DNA from: an uncultured Phycisphaerales bacterium
GTDB taxonomy: Bacteria; Planctomycetota; Phycisphaerae; Tepidisphaerales; Tepidisphaeraceae
NCBI GenBank assembly: GCA_963758525.1
Contig: CAVWVQ010000003.1
Coordinates: forward strand, 3,552,001-3,616,000
Direction of reading: 5' to 3'
DNA: 64,000 bases
The notes beneath the pieces were generated by a model that saw only the letters and a list, made by a program, of their open reading frames with translations, had not been told where the DNA came from and did not search any database. Below are positions 61,812 to 64,000 of the stretch, piece by piece (within the stretch, counting starts at the first letter, position 1; every line of letters starts with the position of its first letter). The position numbers were made by a program, and so were the translations under genes.

Positions 61812-63474
61812 ATGGATTTGCTCAAAGCACAATTCGATCGCATTTCCAAGCAACTTTCCGAACTGAGTTCATCGCAGAAGATGCTGACCGCGGCGCTCGT
61901 GGCCATCATGGTCATGACCCTGATCTGGTGGGGGCGCTGCCGGCGATCCTGAAATGGAGCCGGTGCTCGATCAGGCCTTCTCCGCGCAGGACGTCAGCCG
62001 CATCACCGCCAATCTCGCCTCCCGCGGAATTCACTACACCGTCTCGGGCGATCGCATCCTCGTTCCCGCCGATCGGAAATTCGAGGTGATCGCCGCGCTG
62101 AGTTACGCGAAGCTGATGCCGCGTGACACCGCCAGCGGGTTCGACGAGATGATGAAGAATCTCAGCAACCCGTTCAATGCCGAAACGATGAACGAGAAGC
62201 TTTTCAATCACGGCAAAGAGGTGATGCTTTCGCAGATCATCCAGAATTTTCCCAACGTCGCCAAGGCGGACGTGATGATCGATCCGACGCGGGAAGTGCA
62301 CGTGTCGGCGTCGGTTGAGCCGTCGGCGACCGTCACGCTGACAATGCAGGACGGAGCGCAGGCGCCCGACCAACTCGTGGACGCCGCCGCGGACGTGGTG
62401 CAGGGCGCGCAATCCGGACTGGCGCGTTCGCAGATCAAGGTGGTCGTCGGCGGCGTTCCGCGGCGGCTGCACGACACGGAGGACGGCAATGATATCAGCG
62501 GCGCCGGCAGCGACGCCCTGGAGCTGGAGCAGAAAGCGGAAGTAAATGCCGAAAAAGAGATCAAGGATTACTTCAGCTACATTCCCGATCTGAAGGTGTT
62601 TGTGAAGGTAAAGGTCAACTCCACGTCAACCGAACAGACCCAGCAGGAATATGACCCGAAGAAAGTCGTGCAGAAAGAGGTCGAAACCAACAACGACACC
62701 GTGGAAAGCAGCAATCCCAACCCCGCATCGGGCGAGCCGGGTGTCTCCACAAATGCGGGGCTCGCGGTCAACGGCCCAAGCGCAGGCAGCGCTTCAACAA
62801 ATAGCGAAACCAAGGAAAACACCAAGTTCCAGAACTTCGTGACCAGCACTGAATCACACACGAAGACCCCGCCGGGTCTGACCAGCGTTGTCGCCGCGAC
62901 AGTGCGGGTTCCGATGGCATATTTCGAGGCGATCTACACGAAACGGAACCCCGACGCCAAAGCGCCCACCGACGCCCAGCTTCAGCCGCTGCTGGAGGCG
63001 GAGCTGCCGAAGATTCGCACCGATGTGTTGAAGTGCACCGGACTGCTGACCGCGACGGATGTCGCCGTGGAAACCTATCTGGACGCCGCCCCGGTCGTGG
63101 CAACCGCGCCGGCGACCGCGTCGGCCTTATCCGTCAGCACGCTGATCGGCGGCCACAGCCGCGACCTGATGCTAGGCGGGCTGGCAGTCATGAGCTTGTT
63201 CATGGTGTCAATGATGGTTCGCAAGGGAACTCCGGTTCTGGTAGCGCCCGCCGCCGCGACGGGCGGAGCTGTGGCGATGGGACCCGGCGGGACATTGAGC
63301 ACCGAAGAGGCGGTAGCCGGCGAAGTGAGCGGCGGGGGTTCAATGCTCAACGGAATGGAGCTCGATGAAGCAGCCGTCCGCAGTCAACAAATGCTGGAGC
63401 AGGTTTCCAGCATGGTGAAGGAAAACCCCGAAGCCGCCGCGAATCTGGTGAAGCGGTGGATGAGCCATGCGTAA
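61812..63474 (+). CDS. fliF: Flagellar M-ring protein FliF; frameshift near 61935
   Basis: N-terminal TM, PSATVTL, GEPGVSTN, second TM, ENPEAAANLVKRW; synteny. Confidence 0.85.
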
Positions 63475-63592
63475 GAGGGTTCAGGGTGTCAGTGTTCAGG
63501 GTGTCAGGGTTCAGGGTGTCAGGGTTGAGGGTTCAGGAGGCGACTTGGCTGCTGAACCGCGAGCGTTTGTTGGGAGTTTGGAACAGTAGCGT

Positions 63593-64000
63593 ATGGCAGA
63601 TCTTACCGGTGTCAGAAAGTCCGCGATTCTGCTTCTCTCGCTGAGCCAGGACGAGGCGGCGGAGATTCTCAAGCGCCTTCCGGCCGAAGCCGTCGAAGAG
63701 GTCAGCCGGGAAATCGCCTCGATGGGCGACGTGCCGGTGGCGGCTCGCGGAGATGTCTTCGGAGAGTTCTACAACCTGGCGCTGGCGAACTCCTATCTGG
63801 GCGAAGGAGGGCTGGAGTACGCCAAAACCCTTCTGCGGAAATCGCTGAGCGAGGATGAAGCGTCGCGCGTCATCAAGCAGGTGACGCAGCAGGTGCAGAC
63901 GACTCCCTTCTCATTTTTGCAGAAGGCCGAAAGCGAAAATCTGCTGACGTTTATTCAGGATGAGCATCCGCAGACGATTGCGCTGATTCTGGCCCATCTC
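63593..64000 (+). CDS. fliG: Flagellar motor switch FliG (partial; frameshift near 63635)
   Basis: LTGVRKSAIL, GGLEYAKTLL, PFSFL, FIQDEHPQTIALILAHL. Confidence 0.92.
   Translation, partial: MADLTGVRKSAILLLSLSQDEAAEILKRLPAEAVEEVSREIASMGDVPVAARGDVFGEFYNLALANSYLGEGGLEYAKTLLRKSLSEDEASRVIKQVTQQVQTTPFSFLQKAESENLLTFIQDEHPQTIALILAHL

Overview
GC-rich bacterial chromosome segment, most likely Planctomycetota (Phycisphaerae-like). This is inferred from the DUF4058 and DUF4159/MoxR genes and the aroD-aroE fusion. Core content: peptide ABC transporter operon, dcd-nrdJ (class II RNR carrying an intein, with NrdR boxes), recA, HtrA protease, alaS, rpmF-plsX-fabH-fabD-fabG-acpP-fabF, aroDE, dapA, pdxJ, glgB and the start of a sigma54-linked flagellar operon (flgB-flgC-fliE-fliF-fliG). 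Accessory content is rich: at least five REP-like palindrome families, tandem REP arrays, IS1182 inserted in a REP hairpin, and IS630 stacked with a MITE at one CTAG site. There are also several toxin-antitoxin-like modules (small ORF + ADP-ribosyltransferase-like; HEPN + BolA/MNT-like; orphan hicA and DUF433) and a six-tRNA array with a structured leader directly upstream of rtcB. A dozen or so genes, including essential ones, carry frameshifts that look like uncorrected long-read indel errors. All family assignments come from motif recognition by eye, not from database searches.
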